A stretch of 64,000 bases of DNA from an uncultured virus (IMG/VR IMGVR_UViG_3300009152_000002) (taxonomy: Duplodnaviria > Heunggongvirae > Uroviricota > Caudoviricetes), in IMG/VR virus record IMGVR_UViG_3300009152_000002, one strand, 5' to 3'. A program made the translations under genes and the position numbers. Below the pieces are notes generated by a model, which was not told where the DNA came from, ran no database searches, and worked only from the letters and a program-made list of their open reading frames with translations. Below are positions 18,382-27,840 of this stretch, piece by piece; positions within the stretch are counted from its first letter, which is position 1, and every line of letters begins with the position of its first letter.

Positions 18382-18758
18382 CTGACCTGCACCCTTGGGT
18401 AACAACCAAACTCCAGCCACCGCCTGAAAGCAGCATCCTTTTCCGCTTGCCACCCCATCCCAATGAAGTTATCCGCCTCGACAAGGAAGGCTTCCACTAC
18501 CGGGGCCAATTCATTGCGGACGCCGGAGAAGCTCACCGTCTGATGGTGGAGTTCCTGCGTCAAAGCATCAGTCCCGTCCTGGCTGAGCAGCCGGTGGGGC
18601 CCACGGATGAGGAGCTGCTGGAGTTGTCCCAGTTCCACGGCATTACCTATTGCATGAGGGACGGAAGCTTTATCCGCCCAATGCAGGAGGGTGAAGACAT
18701 AAGCGACGACGTGGTGTCTTTCGCCCGCGCCGTTCTTGCTCGCTGGGGGCAGCCATGA
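18378..18758 (+). CDS. Hypothetical modular phage protein
   Basis: GFHYRGQFIADAGEAHR fused to AEQPVGPTDEEL...ARWGQP. Confidence 0.65.
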   Translation: MTDLHPWVTTKLQPPPESSILFRLPPHPNEVIRLDKEGFHYRGQFIADAGEAHRLMVEFLRQSISPVLAEQPVGPTDEELLELSQFHGITYCMRDGSFIRPMQEGEDISDDVVSFARAVLARWGQP

Positions 18759-18988
18759 CTACCCTCTCCCCCACCGCACAATTTGTGCTGGATGCCTACT
18801 ACACCGAAGCAGATCGCCTTGACCGCGAAGTTAGCCACGAGGAAATGCTCGCCGCCGCCCTTCGCGCTGCTGCAAAACAAAGCACCTTTGCCGACGTAGC
18901 GGTAAACAAAACGATTGAGGTAGTCCCTGTCGATATCCTCCTCGCCATCGCCGCCGAACTGGAAGCATTGCCAAATGACCGACCCTGA
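18755..18988 (+). CDS. Hypothetical modular phage protein (LSPAAQAVLDA family)
   Basis: LSPTAQFVLDA...AAALRAAA...ILLAIAAELEALPND. Confidence 0.65.
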   Translation: MTTLSPTAQFVLDAYYTEADRLDREVSHEEMLAAALRAAAKQSTFADVAVNKTIEVVPVDILLAIAAELEALPNDRP

Positions 18989-19382
18989 CGACCGTAAGGA
19001 TCAACTCTGCACCGAATGCGGTGTTGGACGTTATCAAGAAACCAGCATTCACGATGACTGGGATGGAGTGCTTCACTGCAACAACAAAAAGTGCAACCAC
19101 GAAGTGAAAAGGTACAAGTCCGATGATAACCCTCCACCAAAACCTAAGAAGGCCCAACTGTCGCCCGCTGCTCAAGCTGTGCTGGATGCCGCAATCAATG
19201 TTGCTGAATCGCCAGACGCTGAGGCTATTGTTGCCGCCGCCCTTCGCGCTGCTGCGGATCAGGTGGTGCCAGAAAACGCAAATGCTGTTGGGGATGAGCA
19301 CGACGACGCCCGCCATGATCAGTGGATGCGTATTCGATACAAGATCCTCGCCATTGCCGACGAGCTGGAGGGTGCCCAATGA
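18975..19382 (+). CDS. Zn-ribbon fused to an LSPAAQAVLDA module
   Basis: CTECG...CNNKKC N-terminus; family module at the C-terminus. Confidence 0.65.
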   Translation: MTDPDDRKDQLCTECGVGRYQETSIHDDWDGVLHCNNKKCNHEVKRYKSDDNPPPKPKKAQLSPAAQAVLDAAINVAESPDAEAIVAAALRAAADQVVPENANAVGDEHDDARHDQWMRIRYKILAIADELEGAQ

Positions 19383-19594
19383 CTAACCTTGATGAACTCT
19401 TTGAGATTGTAACCAAGATTATTGCTTCTCCTCATACTGCCATCACAGAACACGACAAACGCCGTGCTATTCAGGTATTTATTGGATTTGATGATTACCT
19501 GATTGATGCTCTGCCTGGTTATTGTGAGGAAGGTTGTGAGATTGACTTTGGTTATTATGCTGCTGGTGTTCTTGATGAACTGGAGGGAAAATGA
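19379..19594 (+). CDS. Hypothetical protein
   Basis: MTN start in an ATGA overlap. Confidence 0.6.
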   Translation: MTNLDELFEIVTKIIASPHTAITEHDKRRAIQVFIGFDDYLIDALPGYCEEGCEIDFGYYAAGVLDELEGK

Positions 19595-19773
19595 CTGACA
19601 AAAACTTTCAATGCGCTGGTTTCTGTGAGAAAGGCGAAGGGGATTACTGCCTCACAATTGCAAGCAAGGGCCTGTGCATCAGCATCGAATACATGACAAA
19701 AGATGATCTTTTGGAATTAAAATCTTGCATTGAGTGTATGCTTGAAGACATTGAAATTGAAGAACCCGCATGA
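19591..19773 (+). CDS. Hypothetical protein
   Basis: MTD start in an ATGA overlap. Confidence 0.55.
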   Translation: MTDKNFQCAGFCEKGEGDYCLTIASKGLCISIEYMTKDDLLELKSCIECMLEDIEIEEPA

Positions 19774-20405
19774 ACGTCGAACTTGTCCACGTCACTCCGA
19801 ATGCCGAGGAGCTGATCGTCAAAATGGCACGGGTTTCGGCGCCAGAAAACCAATCCAACATGGATACAGCCCCGCGCCTACTGCGCTACCTGTTGAAGCA
19901 CAGCCACGTCTCACCCTTTGAGATGGCAAACATGTGCGTCGCCATTAACACAACGCGTGGGATTTCTGCTCAGATCATCCGCCATCGTAGTTTTTCCTTT
20001 CAAGAGTTCTCTCAAAGGTATGCGGACGTAGCTGCTATGGGATCGCCTGAGGTGCCACAGCTTCGGCGCCAGGACCTGAAGAACAGACAGAATTCCATTG
20101 ACGATCTGACCGCTGATGAAAAAGGTGCGTACTATCGACGCATTTGTCAGATCTTTGAAGATTCTGAGCACCTGTACCGTGAAATGGTCAGCAATGGCAT
20201 TGCTAAGGAATGCGCTCGTAACGTGCTTCCCTTGGCGTCACGAACCCGTCTCTACATGAACGGGACTTTGCGGTCGTTTATTCACTATGTCCAACTGCGT
20301 GAGTCTCATGGGACTCAACTTGAGCATCAGGTTATTGCCAAAGAAATCAAGGCCATCTTTACAGAACAGTTCCCAATCATTGCCGAAGCTGCCTTTAGTA
20401 GCTAA
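19770..20405 (+). CDS. thyX: Flavin-dependent thymidylate synthase
   Basis: ThyX motif RHRSFSFQEFSQRY; HVSPFE; ECARNVLP. Confidence 0.95.
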   Translation: MNVELVHVTPNAEELIVKMARVSAPENQSNMDTAPRLLRYLLKHSHVSPFEMANMCVAINTTRGISAQIIRHRSFSFQEFSQRYADVAAMGSPEVPQLRRQDLKNRQNSIDDLTADEKGAYYRRICQIFEDSEHLYREMVSNGIAKECARNVLPLASRTRLYMNGTLRSFIHYVQLRESHGTQLEHQVIAKEIKAIFTEQFPIIAEAAFSS

Positions 20406-20415
20406 GCTTTGATGA

Positions 20416-20632
20416 CTCGGCAGCTGCACCAGCCCCCACCTGGCAGGCGTAAGACCGAGAAAATATGCTAGGGTTCCACTGGTTCTGCAGACCACCAGTG
20501 GCCACTGGTTAACCGCAGTCATCCTCGTCAATGACTGCACCCTACCCTTCGGATTGAAGGCCCGAGGGGTTCCATCAAGGCAAGTGAGTCTGGGCCGCAC
20601 CTAGTTGATGCTCTAATGCTGAGCACTCACTT
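20416..20632 (+). ncRNA. Structured pseudoknotted ncRNA, possibly related to the manA RNA motif
   Basis: Multiple stems and two pseudoknots read directly; family assignment is from recollection only. Confidence 0.6.
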
Positions 20633-20799
20633 TCCTTTAAAAATTTATGGGGTGGGGCCGCACCGTGATCGGCGGCACAGCCCTTCAGTTACCAGACAAG
20701 GGAAGCGATAGAAACCCTGTCTCCCCGGTAAAATGGCCCTGGCATCGCTCTTCTTCGGGCCAAGGTAAATTTAGCACAATCTCTAACCAAAACTAAGCA

Positions 20800-21537
20800 A
20801 TGGAAGTCAACACTCTTCTTTACTGCAGGCACCCCAAGGACGCAGCGGGAAATTGGATTTTTTTCGAAAGCATAAGAAAGGCTTTTCCAGTAGAAACAAT
20901 CAACGTATATAGTAACGACAATTCAGAAGAATTTAATTGTGTTGCACTAGAAAAGTGTCGACAGATAAGTGCTAATTTTTTACTTATAGAAAACGAAATT
21001 GAACACACAAATTTTATTGAGGCTTTGCTCCAGGTAATCGAAGAACCTTTTTATGTTGTAGATCCTGACACGATTTGGTTTAAAGAGATGCCTAAAACCT
21101 TTGACGGGGCTTTGGCAGGACGTTTAATGCCTGATTTTTATGACACCTATACAAAAAGCAACACACACAAAAGAATACACACTAGTGCTATGTGGCTTGA
21201 TCCTAAAAAAATCAAAAAATTGTTAGCAGATGCAACTCAATTTGAATTTAATCCGTTCAGCCCGTGTACTTATTATTTAAACAATTGTTTGTATCGCTTT
21301 GATTCTTTGGCTAAGCTATACCACTTTCTTCTTGCTAAGGGCGCTTGCTGCGAATTTAGCAAGAAAGAGAACGATTGTTTTGCTCATTTGTTTTGTGGAA
21401 CACATCTAAGTGTTGTTGGCGTTGAAATTGAAAAACTTGAAACCATGCATAAAAGAGCCGTAGCAGATAAAAAATTTGCTATGTCGCTCTATGATCAACA
21501 GGTTCAATATTTTGATAGCACGCCTTGGAAAACTTAA
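20800..21537 (+). CDS. Glycosyltransferase-like protein (GT-A fold)
   Basis: DxD-like VVDPDTIWF after a hydrophobic strand; AT-rich. Confidence 0.45.
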   Translation: MEVNTLLYCRHPKDAAGNWIFFESIRKAFPVETINVYSNDNSEEFNCVALEKCRQISANFLLIENEIEHTNFIEALLQVIEEPFYVVDPDTIWFKEMPKTFDGALAGRLMPDFYDTYTKSNTHKRIHTSAMWLDPKKIKKLLADATQFEFNPFSPCTYYLNNCLYRFDSLAKLYHFLLAKGACCEFSKKENDCFAHLFCGTHLSVVGVEIEKLETMHKRAVADKKFAMSLYDQQVQYFDSTPWKT

Positions 21538-21657
21538 AGATGCATGCAGATCCACGTACAAACCCCACTCAATGGTTGACGGCCGTGTGCCTGGATCTTT
21601 TAGAGCAAAACACAGAAGAATCTAAAGCCACATTGGTTTTAGCCATCCGAACGCTCA

Positions 21658-22257
21658 TCAGTTACCTAGAACCTGGCCTAATAGATGAAGCGTTTGCTCC
21701 ATGGATAGCTCACTACACGGAACTTTTGGCTCGATACGAAAGCAATCAAAGTAACGCTGTTCAGCTGTGTTTGCCATTGGATCTTCTGGAACAACCGGAC
21801 GGATTAAAAACTGCTGGCGGATAGGATCATCAGCATAAGGCGGACGATACCAAAAAATTTTCTTCTCTTGAAAATCAATGACCCACTCAGGGTGTCGCCG
21901 CAACCAGTACCAGTAGGAACGGAATTGTTTTTCTGGGTTACTGGAAGTGCAATCAATCACCAGGACGTCGCCAGGTTGGATCGCCCACCGCATTTTCAGC
22001 ATGGTTCGGACGCCAGTAGAGAAGGCTTTCATCCCGTGCTGACCGGTGAGCCGTGCATCTAAAGACCGTCGCCTCTTGTTTTGTTTCCTGTGGTACCAGT
22101 CGTTTAGCTGTCGTTTTGATTTGCCAATAGCAAAGCCAAGGTTCCAAAGCCAGTAGCCTGGTCGATGTTCCTCTACAGGTTCTAGAAAAACTTTACAGAG
22201 CTGCCCGTTAACCCTAAATGTAGAGGAAGTATTGTGGCGGCAAATCCTGTAACTCAT
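21658..22257 (-). CDS. Hypothetical protein
   Basis: 199-aa ORF, Trp-rich. Confidence 0.6.
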   Translation of the reverse strand: MSYRICRHNTSSTFRVNGQLCKVFLEPVEEHRPGYWLWNLGFAIGKSKRQLNDWYHRKQNKRRRSLDARLTGQHGMKAFSTGVRTMLKMRWAIQPGDVLVIDCTSSNPEKQFRSYWYWLRRHPEWVIDFQEKKIFWYRPPYADDPIRQQFLIRPVVPEDPMANTAEQRYFDCFRIEPKVPCSELSMEQTLHLLGQVLGN

Positions 22258-22258
22258 A

Positions 22259-22543
22259 GTGGAAGAACTTATTCAACTCATCCAAAAGGATGATGAACTT
22301 TGGGAGATCGTAGAGAAATTGAAGCATCCGGACGAGGACCTGGAGGACTTCATCCTGAGTGTAGCGCAGATGTTATCGGTTGAGTTTGAGATCCTGCACA
22401 ACGGTGACCTCAGTGAAAAGCTATCCGCCCTGTTCGGCGGGCTGCCCACTGCAGCGTTCAAGATGGCTCCCATCTTCCTGCACATCGCTCTGGACTTGTT
22501 CTTGATGCGCAGCATCCCTAACAAGGACGCCCTGGAGGATTGA
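22259..22543 (+). CDS. Hypothetical protein
   Basis: 94-aa ORF at the start of the polymerase operon. Confidence 0.6.
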   Translation: MEELIQLIQKDDELWEIVEKLKHPDEDLEDFILSVAQMLSVEFEILHNGDLSEKLSALFGGLPTAAFKMAPIFLHIALDLFLMRSIPNKDALED

Positions 22544-22546
22544 GCT

Positions 22547-22789
22547 GTGCATCGCGGTTACTCTCTGTGCTCACCTGCTCTAGACCAGGTGCTATGCTTG
22601 TCGAGCAACAAACAAAGTTTGTTCATGGCTTCCGTTGATAGTACACAAGTACTAAATAATGCACTTTGTTTGCATGATTTAACAGAAGCTAAAAATGTTT
22701 TGAAGCGATTAAACGCTTCAGAATACACAGATGTTGTTAAAGATGTAGAAGTCCACAACATCGCCAGGTTGTATAACAAATTTTTCTAA
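22547..22789 (+). CDS. Hypothetical protein
   Basis: TAATG overlap with the polymerase gene. Confidence 0.55.
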   Translation: MHRGYSLCSPALDQVLCLSSNKQSLFMASVDSTQVLNNALCLHDLTEAKNVLKRLNASEYTDVVKDVEVHNIARLYNKFF

Positions 22790-25416
22790 TGTCCAAGTAC
22801 ATTCTTGACCTTGAGTCTGACGGTTTGATCCCTCAGATGACGAAGATTCATTGTATTGTTCTCAAGAATATTGACACAGGAGAGATTATTAGTTGTGCTG
22901 ATCAACCAGGTTACCCTTCACTTGAAACAGCCCTCGATTATATAAGCGAAGCTGATCTATTAGTCTTCCACAACGGTATAAAATTTGATATTCCGGCTTT
23001 AAAAAAGATCTATAGTGGCCTCGCCCTAAAGCCGACCTGTCAGTTTTATGACACTCTTATCTCCAGTCGCCTTTTTTGGCCTGAGCTTGAGCCTGTTGAC
23101 CGTGCCAAGTGGAGCCACATTGAAGCAAAATATCTGGGGCGACACTCCCTTGCCGCTTGGGGTGAACGTCTTGGTGTTGCCAAGATCAAATTCACTGAAA
23201 ACGCCAAAAAAGATCCTGCAGTAGTAAATGTTTGGGCTGAGTGGTCAGCCCAGATGCAGGTTTACTGTGAGGGCGACGTTGAAGTATCCGACGCCCTTTA
23301 CAAGTACATGCTGTCTCAGAATCCTGATCCTCGTTCCTTGGAACTGGAGCATGAGTTTGCTATCGTGATGTCCAAGCAGGAGCAATTTGGATTTCCTTTC
23401 AATGAGAAAGCGGCCTTCGCACTGGTTAACACCCTTAAAGCTGAGCGCTCTGAGATTGACGAGCAGCTCCAGGAGGTATTCCCTCCTATTGTCGAGAGCA
23501 GAGTCTCCGCTAAAACAGGGAAGCCGCTTAAGAGTAAAGTTACAGTCTTCAATCCCGCTTCCCGCCAGCAGACGGCCGAACGGCTTACGGCGCTTTACCC
23601 AGAAATCACGTTCGCTTCCACGGATAAAGGTAATCCTCAGGTGGATGACGATGTCCTGGAGGCGTTGGGAAACAGATATCCTGAAGCTAAAATACTAGCT
23701 AGGTATCAACTTCTTAACAAACGAATTGGCCAGATTGCGGATGGGAAGGAATCTTGGCTTAAACACTGCCAGGTCTATGGCGATGGACGGATTCACGGAG
23801 AAGTGGTTACTAACGCATGCGTTTCTGGGCGCTGCTCTCACAAGCGTCCAAACATGGCGCAGGTACCTAGCGTCGGTCACGCTTATGGTGCTGAATGCCG
23901 TAGCCTTTTCTATGCCCCTGAGGGTTGGCAGTTAGTTGGCGCGGACGCATCAGGATTGGAATTGCGAGCGCTTGGAGCTTGGCTTGCCTACTTTGATGGA
24001 GGAGAGTACGCACGCCTTGTTAGTACAGATGGTTTCGACATTCATACTCATAATGCTCGCCTCTTCGGTATTTATAGTTCTGATTCTCCTATAGAAAAAG
24101 CAACCCGTGATTTATCGAAGCGGCTTATTTACTGCGTACCGGTAGATAATACCCAAGTTCTTACTAAAACTGGCTGGAAAACGTACGAACAACTCAAAGT
24201 TGGTGAGCTTGTTCTTACTTACAATCAAGAAAAAAATATAAAAGAGTGGAAACCAATTTTACATATTGTTGATGCTTACGAGGATGAAGTATGGGAGATG
24301 TCTCACAATCATTCTTATAAAGTACAGGCAACCGCTGACCATCGTTGGTATGTAAGAAAAAGAACGCAAGCAAAACACGTTCAATGTGGATGGAAAACAG
24401 GGGCCCGTTACATGGTTCCCAAGGTAGAAACAACTGCAGAAATTAACCAGGAGTCAAACATCATTGTTAATGCCCCACTTGTTGAAGAGGACTGTGAAGG
24501 CATAAGCGTTGATTGGGACTGGCCCAAGTATGGGACCAACTGGACAGAGAAGGTGTTACAAATGAATTCCGCCCAACGCAGGGCCTGGCTTTCGGGCTTT
24601 ATGCTGGCTGATGGTTACCAAATCATTAAGCCAAATCAAAAAATCCGCTGGGTCATCTCTCAGTTAAAAAATGAGCACTACGAAGCTGCTCTTCTTGCGG
24701 CTTATCTTGAATTCGACGGTCACCTCCACGTTTCACAAGGCGTTCAGCCCAATGGCAAAACAAAAATGCAAATTACAATATCAACAAGAGGCCACGTAAC
24801 CGGACAGAAACTTAAAAAAGAATGTATCGGTAAGAAAAAAGTTTTTTGCATCTCTACTGAAAATGAATCTTTCGTTATGCGTCAGGGTGAAACTATTACC
24901 ATTACAGGTAATTGCATATTGTATGGTGGTGGGGCTAGAAAAACTGGATCCATTGTTGACCCTAGTGGAACAGAAGACCAGCAATATCGTATTGGCAAGA
25001 AAACAATTGACACTTTCTATAAGAACCTACCAGCTATTAAAAAGCTCAAGGATCTTATCGATGAGAGGGTTGATAAACGCGGCTACCTTTCTGGTATTGA
25101 TGGGCGCAGGCTACAAATTCGCTCTAAACACTCAGCCCTTAACCAGTTGCTCCAATCCACGGGTGCGGTCACTGTAAAGAAAGCTACAACAATTCTTTAT
25201 AATGATCTCATCACCAGGGGTTTGAAGTTTGGTAAAGATTGGGCATTTGTTGCACATGTACACGACGAATTTCAAACCTTAGTTAGACCCGAATACGTTG
25301 AACTTTATAAAGAGTTAGCTATTGATTCGTTCCGTAAATCTGGTGAGTACTTTAACTTAAAGTGCCCTATGACTGGTGAGGCCAGGGTGGGTCAGAATTG
25401 GGAACAAACGCACTAA
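22789..25416 (+). CDS. polA: Family A DNA polymerase (T7-like) with 3'-5' exonuclease, intein-containing
   Basis: DLESDG, HNGIKFD, YCEGDV; motif A DASGLELR; motif B KRLIY/CILYGG split by the intein; motif C HVHDEFQ. Confidence 0.95.
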   Translation: MSKYILDLESDGLIPQMTKIHCIVLKNIDTGEIISCADQPGYPSLETALDYISEADLLVFHNGIKFDIPALKKIYSGLALKPTCQFYDTLISSRLFWPELEPVDRAKWSHIEAKYLGRHSLAAWGERLGVAKIKFTENAKKDPAVVNVWAEWSAQMQVYCEGDVEVSDALYKYMLSQNPDPRSLELEHEFAIVMSKQEQFGFPFNEKAAFALVNTLKAERSEIDEQLQEVFPPIVESRVSAKTGKPLKSKVTVFNPASRQQTAERLTALYPEITFASTDKGNPQVDDDVLEALGNRYPEAKILARYQLLNKRIGQIADGKESWLKHCQVYGDGRIHGEVVTNACVSGRCSHKRPNMAQVPSVGHAYGAECRSLFYAPEGWQLVGADASGLELRALGAWLAYFDGGEYARLVSTDGFDIHTHNARLFGIYSSDSPIEKATRDLSKRLIYCVPVDNTQVLTKTGWKTYEQLKVGELVLTYNQEKNIKEWKPILHIVDAYEDEVWEMSHNHSYKVQATADHRWYVRKRTQAKHVQCGWKTGARYMVPKVETTAEINQESNIIVNAPLVEEDCEGISVDWDWPKYGTNWTEKVLQMNSAQRRAWLSGFMLADGYQIIKPNQKIRWVISQLKNEHYEAALLAAYLEFDGHLHVSQGVQPNGKTKMQITISTRGHVTGQKLKKECIGKKKVFCISTENESFVMRQGETITITGNCILYGGGARKTGSIVDPSGTEDQQYRIGKKTIDTFYKNLPAIKKLKDLIDERVDKRGYLSGIDGRRLQIRSKHSALNQLLQSTGAVTVKKATTILYNDLITRGLKFGKDWAFVAHVHDEFQTLVRPEYVELYKELAIDSFRKSGEYFNLKCPMTGEARVGQNWEQTH
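24133..24912 (+). mobile_element. Intein (260 aa) in polymerase motif B
   Basis: Starts CVPVDNTQVLT, block B ATADHRW, LAGLIDADG-like LSGFMLADG, ends VFCIST...ITGN; the +1 residue is Cys. Confidence 0.9.
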
Positions 25417-26369
25417 CGCGGCGTAAAATCAACTTCTCCTGTAGGTTTTATTACAGCAGAATAATCAAACGGTTTGCCATAACCCTGCCTAACAAGAGTA
25501 TCAGAAACTTTGCTTGGGGTTGGAATTTGCAAAAAGCTAGATACTTTGTCCAGAATTGATTGTTTATTTGCATATGGGAAATCATATTTTTCATCAGGAA
25601 TGTTAACGTTTTCTCCGTCTTGCTTGGCCCAGTACCTACCTACGGATAGATTTAAGGTATTTTTATCTTTACGGTTTTCATATAACTGTGGATTGCTTGT
25701 CCCCCAAGGTATCTGACCCTCATCAAATCTTTTTTCAACACCTTGCCCATATTCTCGACGATACCCTTCTTTTACATTAGCTAACTGTTCGGGAGAAGCA
25801 TTCTTAAACGCATCAATCCCTTTCTGTGATACGTCGTATAAAAGCTTGCCTTCTCTTGAAGAAATTTTCATTCCTTCGGCGCCCGATCCAGAAAGATACC
25901 TTAAAAACATGTTGACTGGTGCTGTATATTCATTTGCTACATCTGGAAAATCACTATAATATTTTGCCAATTTTGAAACATCTGGTTTAGATCCAACCGC
26001 AACGGCTAGTGGATTTACACCCGCTTGAAGTGCGGCGCGACCTGCGTTAAAAAGCATCCCCTGATCTGCAAAACGCCCTGGTTTTCCAACATAATCATTT
26101 GCAGCCGACTGACGATCAATACTTTCTTGATATTGCTGAGTTAACTTACGTTCTCCTTCTTGTTTATATCTTGTTAAGGGAGAAGCTGTTCCGCCACCAG
26201 GAAGCCAACCTCCTAAATTCTTATCCGCCTCCCCGTACCTCTGAGCAACGTTCTTGGCAAAGCTCTGTGCAAACTGAATGGGATTAAAAAAACTAGAGGC
26301 AGGCACTTTACTTAATACTTTCTTCTCTTGCCATCCTACCAAAGGGTAGTACACTAGACGGGCTCGCAC
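25413..26369 (-). CDS. Hypothetical protein, probably virion-associated; start uncertain
   Basis: 318-aa ORF convergent with the polymerase gene. Confidence 0.6.
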   Translation of the reverse strand: MRARLVYYPLVGWQEKKVLSKVPASSFFNPIQFAQSFAKNVAQRYGEADKNLGGWLPGGGTASPLTRYKQEGERKLTQQYQESIDRQSAANDYVGKPGRFADQGMLFNAGRAALQAGVNPLAVAVGSKPDVSKLAKYYSDFPDVANEYTAPVNMFLRYLSGSGAEGMKISSREGKLLYDVSQKGIDAFKNASPEQLANVKEGYRREYGQGVEKRFDEGQIPWGTSNPQLYENRKDKNTLNLSVGRYWAKQDGENVNIPDEKYDFPYANKQSILDKVSSFLQIPTPSKVSDTLVRQGYGKPFDYSAVIKPTGEVDFTPR

Positions 26370-26378
26370 GCACGCACC

Positions 26379-26549
26379 ATGAGACCCCAGAAGATCGACG
26401 CCATCAAAGCGTCGCTTGACGACATGACCCTAGAAGAACTCAAAGAGATGAGCGACGATCTCACGAGTCTCATTCAAGTCTTTATCCAACGTCAGGAAGC
26501 CGTGGAATCCACCATTGTTGATCGCCTTGCAGGGATGTTTGAAAAATGA
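26379..26549 (+). CDS. Small hypothetical protein (56 aa)
   Basis: CACCATG start, MRPQKIDAIKASLDDMTLEELKE; ATGA overlap with the deaminase. Confidence 0.6.
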   Translation: MRPQKIDAIKASLDDMTLEELKEMSDDLTSLIQVFIQRQEAVESTIVDRLAGMFEK

Positions 26550-26998
26550 ACGCTGATGAACATCGTTGGCATGAACGTTTTATTAAACTTGCCCATGAAG
26601 TAGCTGAATGGAGTAAAGATCCATCAACAAAAGTAGGTTGCGTTCTTGTAAAAAACAAACGCGTAATCTCCACTGGTTACAATGGTTTTCCTAAAAACAT
26701 TAGCGATAGTTTTGATCGCCTAATGGACCGGGAGCAAAAGTATGAAATGACCGTTCACGCTGAGATCAATGCCATCACAACTGCTGCTCTTCACGGTGTC
26801 AGTACTGAAGGATCTACTGCTTACATCACTTTCAATCCATGCTCTCGCTGTGCTGCTGTACTTATTAACGCTGGCATTGACTCGGTTTATGTAAGTACTG
26901 CTAACGACATCCCCACCAGGTGGTTGGACAGTTTCATACTGGCCAGCAAGATGCTCGCCGAAGCTGGGGTAGAGTATCACACGATTGACGCCAGCTGA
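26546..26998 (+). CDS. dCMP deaminase
   Basis: SKDPSTKVG, TGYNG, HAEINA, PCSRC. Confidence 0.92.
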   Translation: MNADEHRWHERFIKLAHEVAEWSKDPSTKVGCVLVKNKRVISTGYNGFPKNISDSFDRLMDREQKYEMTVHAEINAITTAALHGVSTEGSTAYITFNPCSRCAAVLINAGIDSVYVSTANDIPTRWLDSFILASKMLAEAGVEYHTIDAS

Positions 26999-27013
26999 CC
27001 TTCACCCTTCATC

Positions 27014-27742
27014 ATGAACACTTTCTTGGGAATCGCCACCTATACAGGCGAACGCTTCACGGACAACGGGCTCCGCTTTATGGAGATGCAACTCCCTAAG
27101 GTCGGCAATTCAGGCGGCGACGTACCGATCATGGTTGTGCCGAACCGTGCTGCCGGTGAGAGCTTTGACGTGTTTCAGCCTGGGGCGCGGCTTCTGATTA
27201 GCGGTCGTATGTACCCCAGTCGCCAGGATTACAAGATGTACATCGTACCAAACCAGGCGTTTGTTCTGGTGAACGACAAAAATCTGCAGGTAAATCGAGT
27301 AAACATTTCCGGTAGCGTCGGCTACATCCCTGATCAGGTGAAAGAGGATCTGTTCACATTCACCGTTATGTGCTCGGCTCCTGCCCAGATGGTTCTTGGT
27401 CACAACTGGGAGGACAGCCTCAGTTTCCGTATGGAGAGCTGGGGTGAAGACGCTCGCCGCTTGGACAAGATGCTTCATGTCGGACGCCAGGTCAGTGTGG
27501 AGGGAATCTTAAGGTACAACACGTGGACGGCGCAAGACGGTAACCAACGTGGGTCCTACCAGATCCGAGTCCGTGCAGGGCTTTATGCGGCGTTCGGTAA
27601 GAACAAGAAGCTAGTAGACTTGGAGGGAGCGAAATCTGGAGAAAGTGTTAAGAAAGTTGAAGCTCCGCCAAAGGTACAGCTCCAGCAGGAGCCAATCAAC
27701 ACGTCCCCTTGCTCCGTCAACACGGACGAAGTTCCTTTCTGA
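27014..27742 (+). CDS. ssb: Single-stranded DNA-binding protein, likely with two OB folds
   Basis: GRQVSVEGILRYNTWTAQDG; C-terminal DEVPF. Confidence 0.75.
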   Translation: MNTFLGIATYTGERFTDNGLRFMEMQLPKVGNSGGDVPIMVVPNRAAGESFDVFQPGARLLISGRMYPSRQDYKMYIVPNQAFVLVNDKNLQVNRVNISGSVGYIPDQVKEDLFTFTVMCSAPAQMVLGHNWEDSLSFRMESWGEDARRLDKMLHVGRQVSVEGILRYNTWTAQDGNQRGSYQIRVRAGLYAAFGKNKKLVDLEGAKSGESVKKVEAPPKVQLQQEPINTSPCSVNTDEVPF

Positions 27743-27840
27743 TCAGCTATCCTAATGTCCAGTTAAGTGCAGGGGTCTTGCATTTAACCTAGGATCGGAT
27801 CGGTGATGGTTCTGCCGTAGCAACTTACTGCGGCTTTCTT

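Noticed and set aside
20573..20632. HDV-like ribozyme
   Set aside because: The nested pseudoknot order is similar, but there is no 5' G, no P1.1 GG and no J4/2 strand carrying a catalytic C.
21525..21824. Plus-strand ORF overlapping the 3' end of 21658..22257
   Set aside because: Plausibly real, but the 167-nt convergent overlap and lack of motifs prevent a supported call.
22789..25416. Group I intron in the polymerase
   Set aside because: The insert is in frame and has intein splice-junction residues.
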